A stretch of DNA of 49,721 nt, the filler included, from Catajapyx aquilonaris (taxonomy: Eukaryota), in the NCBI GenBank assembly GCA_000934665.2. It is 2 parts of 2 records of this genome, joined end to end, with 100 filler letters (N's around TTAATTAATTAA, not from the genome) between each part and the next. Parts side by side here need not be neighbours in the genome. Positions count along the whole stretch, not along the records: positions 1 to 24,791 come from JYFJ02005459.1; positions 24,892 to 49,721 come from JYFJ02005460.1. One strand, given 5' to 3'. This document shows positions 23,152-34,641 of the stretch, piece after piece (position 1 is the stretch's first letter; every line of letters starts with the position of its first letter). The position numbers and the translations under genes were made by a program. The notes under the pieces are model-generated. The model saw only the letters and a list, made by a program, of their open reading frames with translations. It had not been told where the DNA came from and ran no database searches.

Positions 23152-23343
23152 CACTGTAAACCGCAAAACATTAAAAGAGCATCACTGGTGAACCTCTCTT
23201 GGAACATTTTAATGCTCTGCTAATGCTCTTGTAATGCTTTTTAGCAACAAAAGCATCACAAGAGCATTAGCAGAGCATTAAAAATTGATGTTCCATGAAA
23301 GACTCACCAGTGATGCACTTTTAATGTTTTGCGGTTTACAGTG
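23152..23343. mobile_element. Palindromic MITE with CACTG termini and TA flanks
   Basis: CACTGTAAACCGCAAAACATTAAAAG...CTTTTAATGTTTTGCGGTTTACAGTG; the whole element folds back on itself. Confidence 0.8.
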
Positions 23344-24283
23344 TAGTGAGAGAATAATTTCCAAGGGGTAAATCACTCGGCAGTTGAGCGTACAACGGAC
23401 ATGTAAAAAACCGAACTTGGTCGGACTTGGCGCCTTATACCATACAATGGACTTGACGAGTGATCACCCCTTGATAATTTCTCATCTGCAACAAAGCCAG
23501 ATCAATCTGTGATACTTTGCATGCAATTATGAACATTATATGTCAATAAAAGGCCAATTTATTCCCTCTCAAAAAGTTCAAAATATATGACATGGTGCCC
23601 ATCTAATTACGATAATTAACACTGGTAGCTGAATGAGAAAGGAAATTGCAAAAGAGTCAGAAAATACTGAATAGTCTTGCAGCACACTTGTCGGAAAAAG
23701 ATTATACTATGGCCACACTGATTCAATGCCATTTTTTTTTGGCTGACTCATGGTGGGAATTTCAAGGGCAAGGGTTGGCACAGGGTTTGTTTCTCACTCA
23801 CTGTGCACACAGATTAATTAGGATGGAATTGTTTACTTACATATTGCCTGCCTCTGTCACATGTTTTAATAATATAAATTTCTGAGGTAATGTAAGCATT
23901 TGTTGGTTTTTATTGTGCAAACAATGCATTTAAGTCCACCTGTATCTAAAAAAGTGCAACACATTTCCATTATATTTAAAAGAAATTATTCGTACACATC
24001 ACGCATGTGTCTCCAAAGTGCAATAATAATTATTTTAGTGTGGTCATGAAATCCTGGGGAGAAGGATGCGCTGGGAAAATGCTCGAGGAGAATTTGACGT
24101 AAGATGCTATCAAAATGCAAGCATTTACTGAAAACCCTGTAAAAACTTGAATCAACCCAGTGATACCTACAGATGTACCAGTTTGAAATTTCGAAAAATG
24201 GATCCTCAACATGCATAATGCAATGGAACACTGATAGAGAATTGTTGCATAAAGGCGTGCACACAACACTGTCTCATGCTTAA

Positions 24284-24520
24284 GGCCGCGTCACAAACTC
24301 GGCGTTGCAAAAGCGGGGCGTGTGGGCCTTCCACTCATCGCACACAGAAAGTCCACCCGGTTGGACGCCAGCGCAACGCTCGCGCTCGGTCATCGCACGC
24401 AGCATTTGTGAATAGCCCTTCGCAAATTTTCCGCGCTCCGCACGCCCCGCTAGCGCAAATCCGAGTTTGTAAAACGGGAATTTCGCCCTGCTTTCGCAAC
24501 GCCGAGTTTGTGAAGAGGCC
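24284..24520. mobile_element. PIF/Harbinger-like MITE
   Basis: TIR GGCCGCGTCACAAACTCGGCGTTGC / GCAACGCCGAGTTTGTGAAGAGGCC, with TAA on the left flank. Confidence 0.7.
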
Positions 24521-24791
24521 TCTCGGAGGTAATAATGACTGCTGTCTCAGATACTTGGGTGTTAAAACGTGCTGCCAGTTAATACAGCAGGGGGACACCT
24601 TGCTAAATTTCATCCTTTTCTTTCTAGGTGGCTTGTGTTTATTTAAGGGGCGATAGCCCCTTAGTAAGACCGTAGCATAGATTTCAACAATGAATTTCTT
24701 CAACATCTTCTTGTTACGTTTTTTTTATTTGCCCTAACTCAAGTTCTGCTGTAGGTAGAGCTTCCAAATTTTGAACACAGATGCCCACTGT

Positions 24792-24891
24792 NNNNNNNNN
24801 NNNNNNNNNNNNNNNNNNNNNNNNNNNNNNNNNNNTTAATTAATTAANNNNNNNNNNNNNNNNNNNNNNNNNNNNNNNNNNNNNNNNNNNN
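24792..24891. other. Assembly gap / artificial contig linker
   Basis: Exactly N44 + TTAATTAATTAA + N44 = 100 bp; the 12-mer places stops in all six frames. Confidence 0.93.
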
Positions 24892-25161
24892 CGAATTGAT
24901 CGAGCCTTGGTCGGGAGGCTCAATTGGCTCTTCGTCGCCATGCTGTGACAATTTCAGGTCCGCACCTCCAGCGAGACGGCTACGCCGGTGGTGCGAACAC
25001 AACGCAGCACCCGTCCCTCGGCCCAACTTGCCCTCCGCGAGTGGGAAAAATCGTCGTGATCGTGCGCCCTTAACAACTACTGCATATATGCACCAGGCCG
25101 CACTACAAAACTAATAGTGACCTGATATTTGCCCACCATTAACAAACTATTGATTGTACAG

Positions 25162-25271
25162 ATGTGGACGCCCCCTACGATTCTCTGACCAGCGTGCCTG
25201 AACGGTATCTGACAGTTTTTCGCCGCAAGGGAACGTCTTTGAAGCAGAAATTACTTGCCACGGAACAGGAG
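25162..25271 (+). CDS. NEMP: NEMP/TMEM194-like gene, first recognisable internal exon
   Basis: GTACAG acceptor and GTGTGT donor. Reads VDAPYDSLTSVPERYLTVFRRKGTSLKQKLLATEQE. The phase 0 end fits the next exon, but sequence similarity alone is weak. Confidence 0.55.
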
Positions 25272-25394
25272 GTGTGTATTGTAACTTGTGATTATGACCT
25301 ACCAGTACATGAGTTATTATTATTTCACATTATTTCACATTATTTACTCTCTTATAATCACACCTCTTATACGTTCCCTTTTTTATTACATTAG

Positions 25395-25596
25395 TTCAAA
25401 ATAGCTCCTACAACCGAGAAATACTACGTTAATCAAGGTACAACACTCTCGAAGGTGATTAGGAGTTTCGAAGACCTCAACTTCAGGAACTTGTGGTTTG
25501 TGAAGAGCAAGAGCATACGCATCAGCCCTCTAGAAAAAACGACCTTCATTGGCATATGGTGCGAGAAGCCATGTGTGGTGTCCCTGTCCTATCCTT
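25395..25596 (+). CDS. NEMP: NEMP/TMEM194-like exon (luminal N-terminal region)
   Basis: TTAG acceptor; GTAAGT donor at 25597. Reads FKIAPTTEKYYVNQGTTLSKVIRSFEDLNFRNLWFVKSKSIRISPLEKTTFIGIWCEKPCVVSLSYP, resembling the recalled NEMP 'LSPF...CIGV' region. Phase 0/1. Confidence 0.7.
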
Positions 25597-25687
25597 GTAA
25601 GTTTCAAATACATCATCGAGGCCTTTCACACAGCGCCGAGTAAACTGGACACAGTTGGAACCCGTCCAGCTAGTTACTTGCTAGGTA

Positions 25688-25849
25688 CAGTGCTGGCCAT
25701 ATATAGAGGCAACCGCCAGCGACATTTTTCCGAAGCGGCAGAAGCAGGAATCTTGCTCGCCCGGCTTGTAGCATGCTTATCTTCGATTCCTTCTTCTGCC
25801 GCTTTGGAAAAATGTCGCTGGCGGTTGCCTCGATATATGACCAGCACTG
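25688..25849. mobile_element. TA-flanked hairpin MITE (Tc1/mariner-like) in a NEMP intron
   Basis: CAGTGCTGGCCATATATAGAGGCAACCGCCAGCGACATTTTTCC with its near-exact reverse complement; TA on both sides. Confidence 0.8.
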
Positions 25850-26297
25850 TACAGTATACAGTACTGCGCCTACTGAGAATGTTGATCATTTTATTACATG
25901 TCAATATGTGGGTTAATTGTGTTGCCATCAAACAGAAAAACTCGGCAGTACCAACCAAATAGTTCTGCTATAATATACCGTATATAATACCTAGAGAGAG
26001 CATTCGGGGTGAAATGTGAAGCAGGCTAACAATATCACCCAAGTATAGATGGCGACTAGCAGAACTCTTTGGTAGAGTACCAACATAATTAACCCATTGG
26101 AGGATCAACAATCTGATATGGGAATATTGTGTACATGTACACTGTACAGTACTTAGCAACCAAATTGCGGAATGAGCCCAGTTTCCACGTGTCTGTGTCA
26201 ATGCTTCATAAATCATAATAAGTTGTTGCAGGGTGTGGCAATGTTCAGCAATATTTTTTATACTTAGAGAGGTTATTTAAACATTTGTTTAATTATT

Positions 26298-26653
26298 ATT
26301 ATTAATAATAATAATTGGGTTAGTGCACCGCCCTAATTGGGCATCTGGCACGGTATCTTTATTTGCTTAAGATGCACAAGCTTACAGGTGGTCCTTTTCG
26401 TATCGCCCGGGTACCACGAGCGAAGGGGGAATGAATAGAAGGGGATGTGCAATGTGCAGTGCAATGTCTGAACTTGGTCATTTTGTGAACTCCCCGGGTG
26501 GCTTAGTCTGTCGGAAATATATTGCCACCCGAAATGAAGCCAGAGATGGCCCAACTCTGCACGGATAAAGGTGGGAACCCCGGGTGGGGATTGAACCCGG
26601 GACCTTCATATCCGTGGGCGCACGCGTTACTGCGACGCCACTTCATCTCCCTC
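26298..26653 (-). mobile_element. tRNA-derived SINE, family A
   Basis: Minus-strand head TGGCGTCGCAGTAACGCG...GGTCCCGGGTTCAATCCC. Shares GGGATGTGCAA.GTGCAGTGCAATGTCT with the 22.6-kb copy. 17-bp TSD ACATTTGTTTAATTATT (26281 and 26654). Confidence 0.88.
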
Positions 26654-27167
26654 ACATTTGTTTAATTATTGAATAACTTATATAGTAAAATAACCATTAT
26701 TTACTATAATCATATGCACATTAAATACTGACCTCGTTTTTGCAATGTTACTTCACAGTAATACATTGGTATTACTTGGAATATTTGTACATGAATACTT
26801 CGCTTAATGGTGTTTAGCTAATAGGGCGCTTTCAAATGCAGTATATTAATTTAAATATTTCCTGCGTTTGCCATGCCTTTGCGGCGCACGTCCTCATCAT
26901 CTCAGAATTATTTAGTACACTATACGCAGTATATTCTTTTTACTTGCAGCGGTTTTATTTGGCCAAGCGCACTTGAGCACTTAATATAATATATGAACTC
27001 GTTTTAATGCTTTTATATGTACGGTACTAGTAAGATTTTTAAAACGTCTGGAACCAAACTCGCCGTATTAACGAGGTAGCCTATGCCTGTACAGAAACTA
27101 GCTTGGCTTGGTTCTGGTCTAATTATTATATTCATAGCATATTGATAATATCCTTCCCCTCCATCAG

Positions 27168-27334
27168 ACACCCGAATCAGCCCTTTCTTCATGCTGATAT
27201 TTGGAGCCACCTTATTTTGGTCAGCTGAATACCTAGCTAGTACCCACTCCGCTTACACCATGGGTCTCATCTTATGTGACCTCTTTGCCTTCTCATACTC
27301 CGCATTCAAGTTGCTACTTCGCCTGGCGGAACAG
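27168..27334 (+). CDS. NEMP: NEMP/TMEM194-like exon (first transmembrane helices)
   Basis: CATCAG acceptor and GTAAGT donor. Reads TRISPFFMLIFGATLFWSAEYLASTHSAYTMGLILCDLFAFSYSAFKLLLRLAEQ, aligning by eye with NEMP1 'LFLVFLLGLMLFFCGDLLSRSQIFYY...ILSKFMPK'. Phase 1/0. Confidence 0.75.
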
Positions 27335-27364
27335 GTAAGTGACATACGCTGCCCAACGCTCATA

Positions 27365-27878
27365 CAGGGTGTTCCAAATATTATTTTATTTTTATTTTTA
27401 TTGTTACCCCGTGCTCGAGCCATTGCGGCTCGTTTTGGGGGGAGGGGGAAGGTTCCCAAGGGGGGGCATCCACGGTTTATAGTCACTCACGACTCTCTCA
27501 GATCACCAGACCTTTTCTCTGGCCCCGGGCAGCTAAGGGAGTGCAATGCTGCCCCGGCGTGTCGGGTGAAAAGCGGAAAAAGACCCGGCCAAGCAGAGGT
27601 GACGGGGACGGGATTTGAACCCCGGCCTCCCAAGTATCATATTATATTAGTTACAGGGAATTTTTCTCTCGAAGCTGTCATTTTTGTGTAGCTTGTTACG
27701 GCCCGATCCAGTTGCCCTATTATTATAACTTATGAAACTGCTATATTCGATTACTTTGGTCCTAGGAGTTTGGCACCTGGATTGGGGTGTAACAATAAGC
27801 TACACAAAAATAACTATACTTTGGGCTATATTGGCTATAACTAAAAATGGCCATGATATTTGGAACATCGGCACACTG
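27365..27878. mobile_element. Tc1/mariner-type MITE (CAGGGTGTTCCAA TIR) interrupted by a SINE
   Basis: TA|CAGGGTGTTCCAAATAT ... ATATTTGGAACATCGGCACACTG|TA. The internal part 27647-27815 is homologous to 31181-31345 in inverted orientation. Confidence 0.65.
27386..27638 (-). mobile_element. 5'-truncated tRNA-derived SINE, tail type B
   Basis: Minus-strand B box GGTTCAAATCCC and 3' end CACGGGGTAACAATAAAAATAAAA; ATATTAT on both flanks. Confidence 0.7.
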
Positions 27879-27916
27879 TATTATGAACTTGTCACTATAA
27901 ACTCCTATTATTTCAG

Positions 27917-28132
27917 AAACGGAAGATGTGTCTGATCATGGCGGTTCACAGCTGGTGTGCAGTAGCAATTCTTTCTGGTTGGATCTGGCTAAATGTTTTA
28001 CAGATTCTGGAGAAGTATACGGTTCTTGCCGTGTTATACGTAGTGACCAGCAGCGCTATGACCATACTTCTGGCTGAGAAAGTAAAGGAACATCCCCCCG
28101 TTAACCGCTGGTTCATCAAGTGCCTGATTTGG
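27917..28132 (+). CDS. NEMP: NEMP/TMEM194-like exon (transmembrane helices)
   Basis: TTTCAG acceptor and GTATTG donor. Reads KRKMCLIMAVHSWCAVAILSGWIWLNVLQILEKYTVLAVLYVVTSSAMTILLAEKVKEHPPVNRWFIKCLIW, compared with NEMP1 'KKSPIYVILVGGWSFS...KNLQEIWRCYWQYLLSYV'. Phase 0/0. Confidence 0.75.
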
Positions 28133-28567
28133 GTATTGTGTACATTTTAATCTGACTGCATATTATGGGTGAACAAAAGAAACACACTGAGCCCACTATT
28201 GGCGGCTTTGAGTTATTTACACTACTAAGTAGCATTTTTCCTAGTCTTTCAACTGGTGAAGTACATGCCATGAAGATTCACAATGAGCCAGAAAACCATT
28301 TTCTGTACTCACTAGCACGTAAATAGGAGTGCAAAGTATATATATTTATATATATTTTTTGATTTGTATAATATCGAAACTGGTTTTTGGACTTCGTGTG
28401 TTTCACTTGTATTGTCAGAATATATGGCAGCATGGAAAGAATAATGTTATTAGTGATCTGAGAGGGATAATCGCTCTATAGGAATCTTGTGTAGACTATT
28501 TCTGATGAGCAAGCCCACAGTGAATTCCTGTATGGAAAAAAAAACTATAAATACGATTGTCTTTCAG

Positions 28568-28716
28568 GGTATCAGCATGTACACGATATATCTGAGCAGC
28601 CCAACTACGACAATAAGTTGGTTTATTATGAGCGCAGTCGTGGCGCCTAAACTCAAGGATTTGGTGTACCAGATAGTACGCAAGATGAGATACAGGAGGA
28701 TGATTATCGAATATTG
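28568..28716 (+). CDS. NEMP: NEMP/TMEM194-like exon (last transmembrane helix)
   Basis: CTTTCAG acceptor and GTACTG donor. Reads GISMYTIYLSSPTTTISWFIMSAVVAPKLKDLVYQIVRKMRYRRMIIEYW. Phase 0/2. Confidence 0.72.
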
Positions 28717-29088
28717 GTACTGATTTCTTCATCTCTCAATACTTGAATATTTTACATCATGTTAATACTCCTTCCAGTCAGTCGGCCGATCAGGCTAATA
28801 GGCTAAGTCTGAGAAAGTCATTATGCAGTGGACTAGACCTCAGAGCTGCCAGCTTAATCGTACTTCCGTTAACCTAAGCTTAAAAAAATCTGTAGATTAT
28901 AATTTACTTTCTATTCAGCTGTTACAAAATAATTACAACCAAATGTAGGTCTAAATTAACGTAAGTGTCGCTTTTTGTGTGGAAATTATGTTGGCAGCCT
29001 TGAGGTCTCGCTTCCAAAATGACGTGTCAATATGCTGTTTCTCCGGGGACTCATGACTTTTCCAATACCATTCACTTATTTATTTCAG

Positions 29089-29247
29089 GCCGGAGTCATA
29101 CCCGTTCCGTCGCCCCATATCAGAAGATGAATTTGTGGAGCAGGGTCGTCGAGTAACGCCTCAAGCATTGGGACGTTTGAGGAAGTATGTACGTGAGAAC
29201 ATCTGGATCCTCCGCAAACGCTGCTTCAGGCTGAGAGACCCCTATCG
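29089..29247 (+). CDS. NEMP: NEMP/TMEM194-like exon (conserved nucleoplasmic region)
   Basis: ATTTCAG acceptor and GTAAAA donor. Reads PESYPFRRPISEDEFVEQGRRVTPQALGRLRKYVRENIWILRKRCFRLRDPYR, matching the recalled NEMP motif RLLTEEEY..QG..ET.KALEELR....RIQSPKR. Phase 2/2. Confidence 0.82.
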
Positions 29248-29786
29248 GTAAAAATCTTATTTATACACCTTAGTTTACTAAATACATGTACCGCAAGACT
29301 GAATGCCTGCAGTATTGCTTAAGTATAGCAATGTTAAAGATCATTATAAGCTGCAATACGAAGCTGATATGAATGAATGATAACAAATTAGAAGAACATG
29401 TCTGGAATTCACAACATTGGCCAATGTTGGGCCTTCTCATAACCAAAGGCCAATGGCATAGATTCGGATATAAATTTTTTTGGTGACCATGATAGAGATT
29501 TTTAAAAATTCAAATGGAGTTGGAAAAAAATGCATCATAAGTGCTCTTTACGGCTCCATATCTCTCTGGGAGGAAATGCTATACAAGGGTGAAAAGTGAG
29601 AAAAACTGGATAAACAAATTTAGTATATCGGAGGGCTTTCTGGTCATTGCTTTTCTACTATGTCATCAGGTATTTACTCAACTTGAGTAAATACTAGAAA
29701 GATGACAAACATATGAAAATATATAAGCCAATTTAGTAGTTAACATCAATACAATATATCAGAAACATTGCTCCATTTTTTTACAG

Positions 29787-29997
29787 CTTCATGACTTTCC
29801 TAAAGAATCAGACCCATGTCACCACAATTGAAGAAACTGAGCACTTGTGGTATCACAACCAAGCCCTGCGTACGGATGTCGACGAAGACGGATCATTCAT
29901 TATTCAAGACGGAGACGATGAGGAACGTCTGTATCAGATGACAAAGACGTTCACAAGGAAGTACGCAAGGAAGTACAAGAAGAAGAGGTCATTCTAG
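29787..29997 (+). CDS. NEMP: NEMP/TMEM194-like terminal exon
   Basis: TTTTACAG acceptor. Reads (R)FMTFLKNQTHVTTIEETEHLWYHNQALRTDVDEDG...KYKKKRSF*, compared with NEMP RFADFVEGSSHLTPNEV..H plus an acidic tail. TAG at 29995-29997. Confidence 0.8.
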
Positions 29998-31180
29998 ATG
30001 ACGGTAATTTAATTGCAAATAATCCCATCTTCTATCTGAATCACAAACCAGTTCCAGAGTCGTTCCATGCCTAAAAACATAGGCGTAGCAAAAGATCATG
30101 TACTTTTAGCGGTACATATTAGGAATTTTAACATTATTTGGAAGGCAGCATGTATTTTATAACATTTCGTTTCTTTTCAGCCATTCTTCCGGGTGGAAGA
30201 GTAAAAAAAAAAAGTTTTAGGTTTTTCAAAAAATTAACTGCATATCCCAGAGTTATTACGACATCTAACCAAGATTGATCTTCACGAAGTCTTATGTCAA
30301 TCAATAAAACTTATTGGTGATGCAGATATGGTGCAACTTAATTATTTTCAATTATAACAATGCCAAAACTGATTTTATGGTGTATAATGGGTTAGGCTGA
30401 AGTGAAGGAAACCTTGAAGAAAACAATGGACCACAAGAAAAAGTATTTTCAAAAGACCCAGAAGGTAACCAAACTTCATCCATTTTAGACTATCGAAGTG
30501 AGATTGCACAACATTAATGATGAAATCAGTGGAATATTAACTGTATTCGCTGCCTGGAATAACCATAAACAGGGGTTTTTAAGAGTATACCTTCATACGA
30601 TGCTGAGTACAAAAGGAATTTTTAAAATGCAGACATTCTTTCATTACACGAGCACATTATTTTTCTTCCTGTATAATGACGAATGAACAGCAAGTAATAA
30701 TACTTTAGGTGGTATTCCTTATTTCCTTACCATCTCTCAACACCAAACTTGGAGGATTTTATGGGGCACTGGTCCGAAGCCCGCACAGAGGAGGATACGT
30801 TGTGGTAACCGCTAGTTGACATCAAGGTTGTCGATGGCGTGGTTGGAAGTCACAGGCAGCTATAGAGTATAGGTCAAATCCAACATAATAATTTCCTCCG
30901 TGAGTAGATACAGCCTTTAATCCTAATTTCAGGAATGATTGAACTCACAGTCAGTGGAGTTGCAATGCCTGAAATTACTTTTCATGGCTTACTGAAGCCA
31001 ACGTATATTAGATATTTTCTGTTTACGTATTTCTTGAAATATTACTTTAATTCCATAATAAAATAGAAAACCGTGTTTTCGCAGATATTCAGACATGCAG
31101 AGTGCTCCAGTTGTTATTTGTGTCGTTTTTAGTTAACACTAATACCGTAGTTATTTATAAGTAGTTTATTTATAAATAAG

Positions 31181-31381
31181 TAGTTATTTTTGTGTAGCTT
31201 GATGCACCCCTTTGCACCAGTTATTCCCAGGCACTGTCTGTTCCCAGGTGGTCAAATATAACTGTTGCTATAGAATAGGATACCTGGATCGGGGCGCAAC
31301 AAGCCACAAAAACTGACAGCTTCGAGTGAAATCTCCTATAACTAAAGCGACTGAAATATACTTGGAAGTTGGAACACCCTG
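31181..31381 (-). mobile_element. Second copy of the CAGGGTGTTCCAA MITE family
   Basis: Ends in TTGGAACACCCTG. Shares CTCGAAGCTGTCA, CCCGATCCAG and AAGCTACACAAAAATAACTA with 27647-27815. Confidence 0.6.
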
Positions 31382-34300
31382 TTTTCTGAACTGGTACAAA
31401 AGCCCGGTGGAGAGGAAAAAATTGCAATGAGAGGGATGCGGATGGAGAGAATCGAATTCATATCCCAGCAGTCTGCCCTATAGTCCAGAATAGGTTCTAG
31501 ACTGTAACCACGGTCTTTTAATATTGGTACTAGTCTTTAAAATACGGCTGCACAACTGCAAACCACAAGTAGTGTATAGGAATCAACCCATCACTTACAA
31601 TACACAACTTCCTTGTCATTTTCAACTGGAGGAATGTCAGTTGCCCCCGAGGAACCCGAGGCCCAGTTTCGGATGCCTCCGGAGTATAGGAGGATTAGAT
31701 GGTAAGTTATCAAGAGACACTGCGTGGAGACTCTCTGTGAAGGACCAGTAGTCCCCTTCCACCCTCACCCAACAGAACCTGTATTCAGTACAGAGAGAAT
31801 ATATTGGTGTCTTCCACTTAAGTTACGATTCCATTCCATAATAATATTAATAGCAAACAAGCAAACACATACATTTATCTATACATAAAAAGAGTAGTAC
31901 GCGAATGTAGATTTTAAAATATGGCACATAAGAATTGACGACATTCAGTGATACCGGTATACATAAAAGTCAAATAATCACCATCTAAAAAATAACAATA
32001 GCCTATCACCTGTGCGCAGGTAATGTGTTACATAACCCTACCAGGTCGGCAGTTAATGAGAAATGATAATTAACTAGTATCAACCATTAACAGCAAAATA
32101 ACTAGTGTGAAGAGGAGGGTGATGAATAGGTATAGAACACAAAACAGGTTATTACTATTGGAGACCTATTTCTGTACCTGTGTTCTTTACAACTACCTGT
32201 ATTCCAACAAATGTACTATGCAAAAGTATGACAATTATTTCCAAAGCCAGTCACATTTAGAATGATTCGGCAACATAGGATTTCCAGGAGAATGGGACGA
32301 AAGGGATTGCACGTGGTTCATCGCAGATTCTCTTTCTAGTTTTTTGGTCAAAATTGGCTATGCAGCTGCTGCTGTTAGGTTATGGCGGCTATGGGTTCCA
32401 GGATATAGAATGATCACGTTAGATTATTTTTTGAGACAAGGTAAGCATGCCAAACTTGGAAATTGACAATCCATCACGACTTTTCCTAAAAGGGGGTATT
32501 CAGAGATGTGTGCACCCAAACCCACGTCAATGATAAAATACCGTATGCTTAAAAGCACGACTGTCGTTTATTTAATTCTAAAATGACTGATTCAATTTTG
32601 GTGGGTTAGGTAATAAATAATTTAAAATCGTTTCGGACTATCATGAGGTTTTTCACCCTGCTGGACAGCCAAGACAGATAACCTACACTGTTATGTACTG
32701 CTCAGACTGTGACGTATGCATGGGATGCCCCGCCACTGGAATTTCAATGTATCCTACCCTTCCGCCTGTTGCACTCACCATGATAGCAGTTATAGATTTT
32801 TTGTTGCTGTCCATCATTAAATAGCTTTGACGTCATTTTCAGGTGGAAAGTGCACACATGCGATATACACTGTAGGCCTACTATGTACTCTACATGTACT
32901 GTACGTCTGTACCTAAGGCATAGTCTAATTGCTGTGTCAAGCACGCTTAGAAAAGTTAGTGGTTATCCATTAGATGCGTAAATAAAGCTTCACATCTACT
33001 GTATACGAGGCAGTAGACCCTAACGGGAAAACAACATTTTTCGTCATGTGACTGCCTTCAAACCATCAACTCCCGCCTAATTTCAAATGCCACGTGGTCA
33101 TACTATGCCCGTAACTCGCACAGCATTTCCCATCTTTCCCCTCAGAAAATGCCAAATAATACAGAAGCACACACCATAATTATCTGAGATATTATTTCCT
33201 GCAACAACATTGAGCCACATTTTCTTTTCAGCGCGGGTTTGGAAATTTTGAGTTCAATCATAAACGTGCTACACAAAGCCCTCACTTTGACAACATTTCC
33301 ACGAACTCCCACCTGTAACACACCCTGTGAAGGCCCCCACTACGACTAGTACAATCAAGCCGCACCATTCTAACAGAACGACGGTCCTGTAACATCCCCA
33401 TTTATTATCCAAGCGACCAGCACTGAGGTGCTTTGCCAAGCAGGTGCAAAAGACATGCGGGCAAGGCGGTCCTCGTGAGTCCTCTGAAGCGCGACGGGCA
33501 GGCGACCGACCACGTTCGTTGCCAGCAGCACAGAACCAACCCCCACGGGAAGGTGACTCACAGGTGACGCAAAGGTGAGCCGAAAACCAGCCATGGATCG
33601 ATGGGGGTGGTGGCCAAGGCAGGTAGGTAGTCTGACTAGAGGTGCTTCCATCGGCGCATGCACACCTGTGACGACCAACAGCGAGCGCCTCTAGGCACCC
33701 GCGCAACTCTTCCTTTTTTTTTAACTTCTTCTTACTTAGGTAGAGGCAGGCAGGCAAGCAAGCTGCCCGCACTCTGTGTCGAGGACTACTTAACTCGTGT
33801 TGTCTCTTCCTTCCGTCCAATGTCACAGTGTCTTTTTTCCTCAGCCGTCCATGGCGCAACAGTGCCACCGCCGCCGTGTCCGACGCCGTCCTCGCACTCT
33901 CACCGACCACTACTTGGCATCGCTCAATGCGGGTATGTATTGCTTTTACGGACTTCTTTTTGGCTAGGAAAAAAAAAATGAAGGGCAGAAATTATGTATG
34001 GAGGAATGTGGCGGAGAATGGGTGAAATCAATTGCTGTTGTTATGTATAGGTTGATGGGAGAAGGGAATAAGTGCTCCCTGTGCTCGTGTACTTTTATTG
34101 AAAACGATCGTGGACAAGGGGAGTACTGGAGTCATGAAGGGAAATACCGTACCTGCTGCTTTTGAATTCAGGAATGTATCAGAGTTTCATGTGGTTGGTT
34201 TGTGGCGGTTGCAGTGAAGATGAAATCGTTTTTGTTGTAACGCTGTTGTTCTAAACAATTGCATAATGGAACGAATGAAAGTTTTAAAAGACGGGACTGA

Positions 34301-34550
34301 AATCGACTTCTAGCATGGCTTTTATACCGTAAAAGGCTAGTGAAAAGGACGTTCCTAGGTATTTCGATTGTGCCGTAGGTGTTACGCAAGCAAGTTACGG
34401 ATTTGAAGCTCAATGAAGCAGCAGGGATTTGTTTCACTCCCACTGGTCGTTTGACCGAACCATTCTATAAATTGAGTGCGGTAGGTAAGTGTCCTGTTTT
34501 CTTCCTCCTCTTCATTACTCGTCATAATATGTACTACGATGGGTAACAGT

Positions 34551-34574
34551 TTATTATTATTATTATTATTATTA

Positions 34575-34640
<66 letters not shown>
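34551..34640. repeat. (ATT)n microsatellite
   Basis: Direct reading of the sequence. Confidence 0.95.

Positions 34641-34641
<1 letters not shown>

Noticed and set aside
28500..28530. CTGATGAG hammerhead-like core (also at about 2866)
   Set aside because: No stem II followed by GAAA and no flanking helices.
31634..32440. Possible plus-strand exons ending in GTAAG donors (about 31702 and 32441)
   Set aside because: Short frames with no recognisable product and no consistent gene model.
33269..33910. 213-aa minus-strand ORF
   Set aside because: No recognisable domain, with overlapping ORFs in several frames, as expected for GC-rich non-coding DNA.
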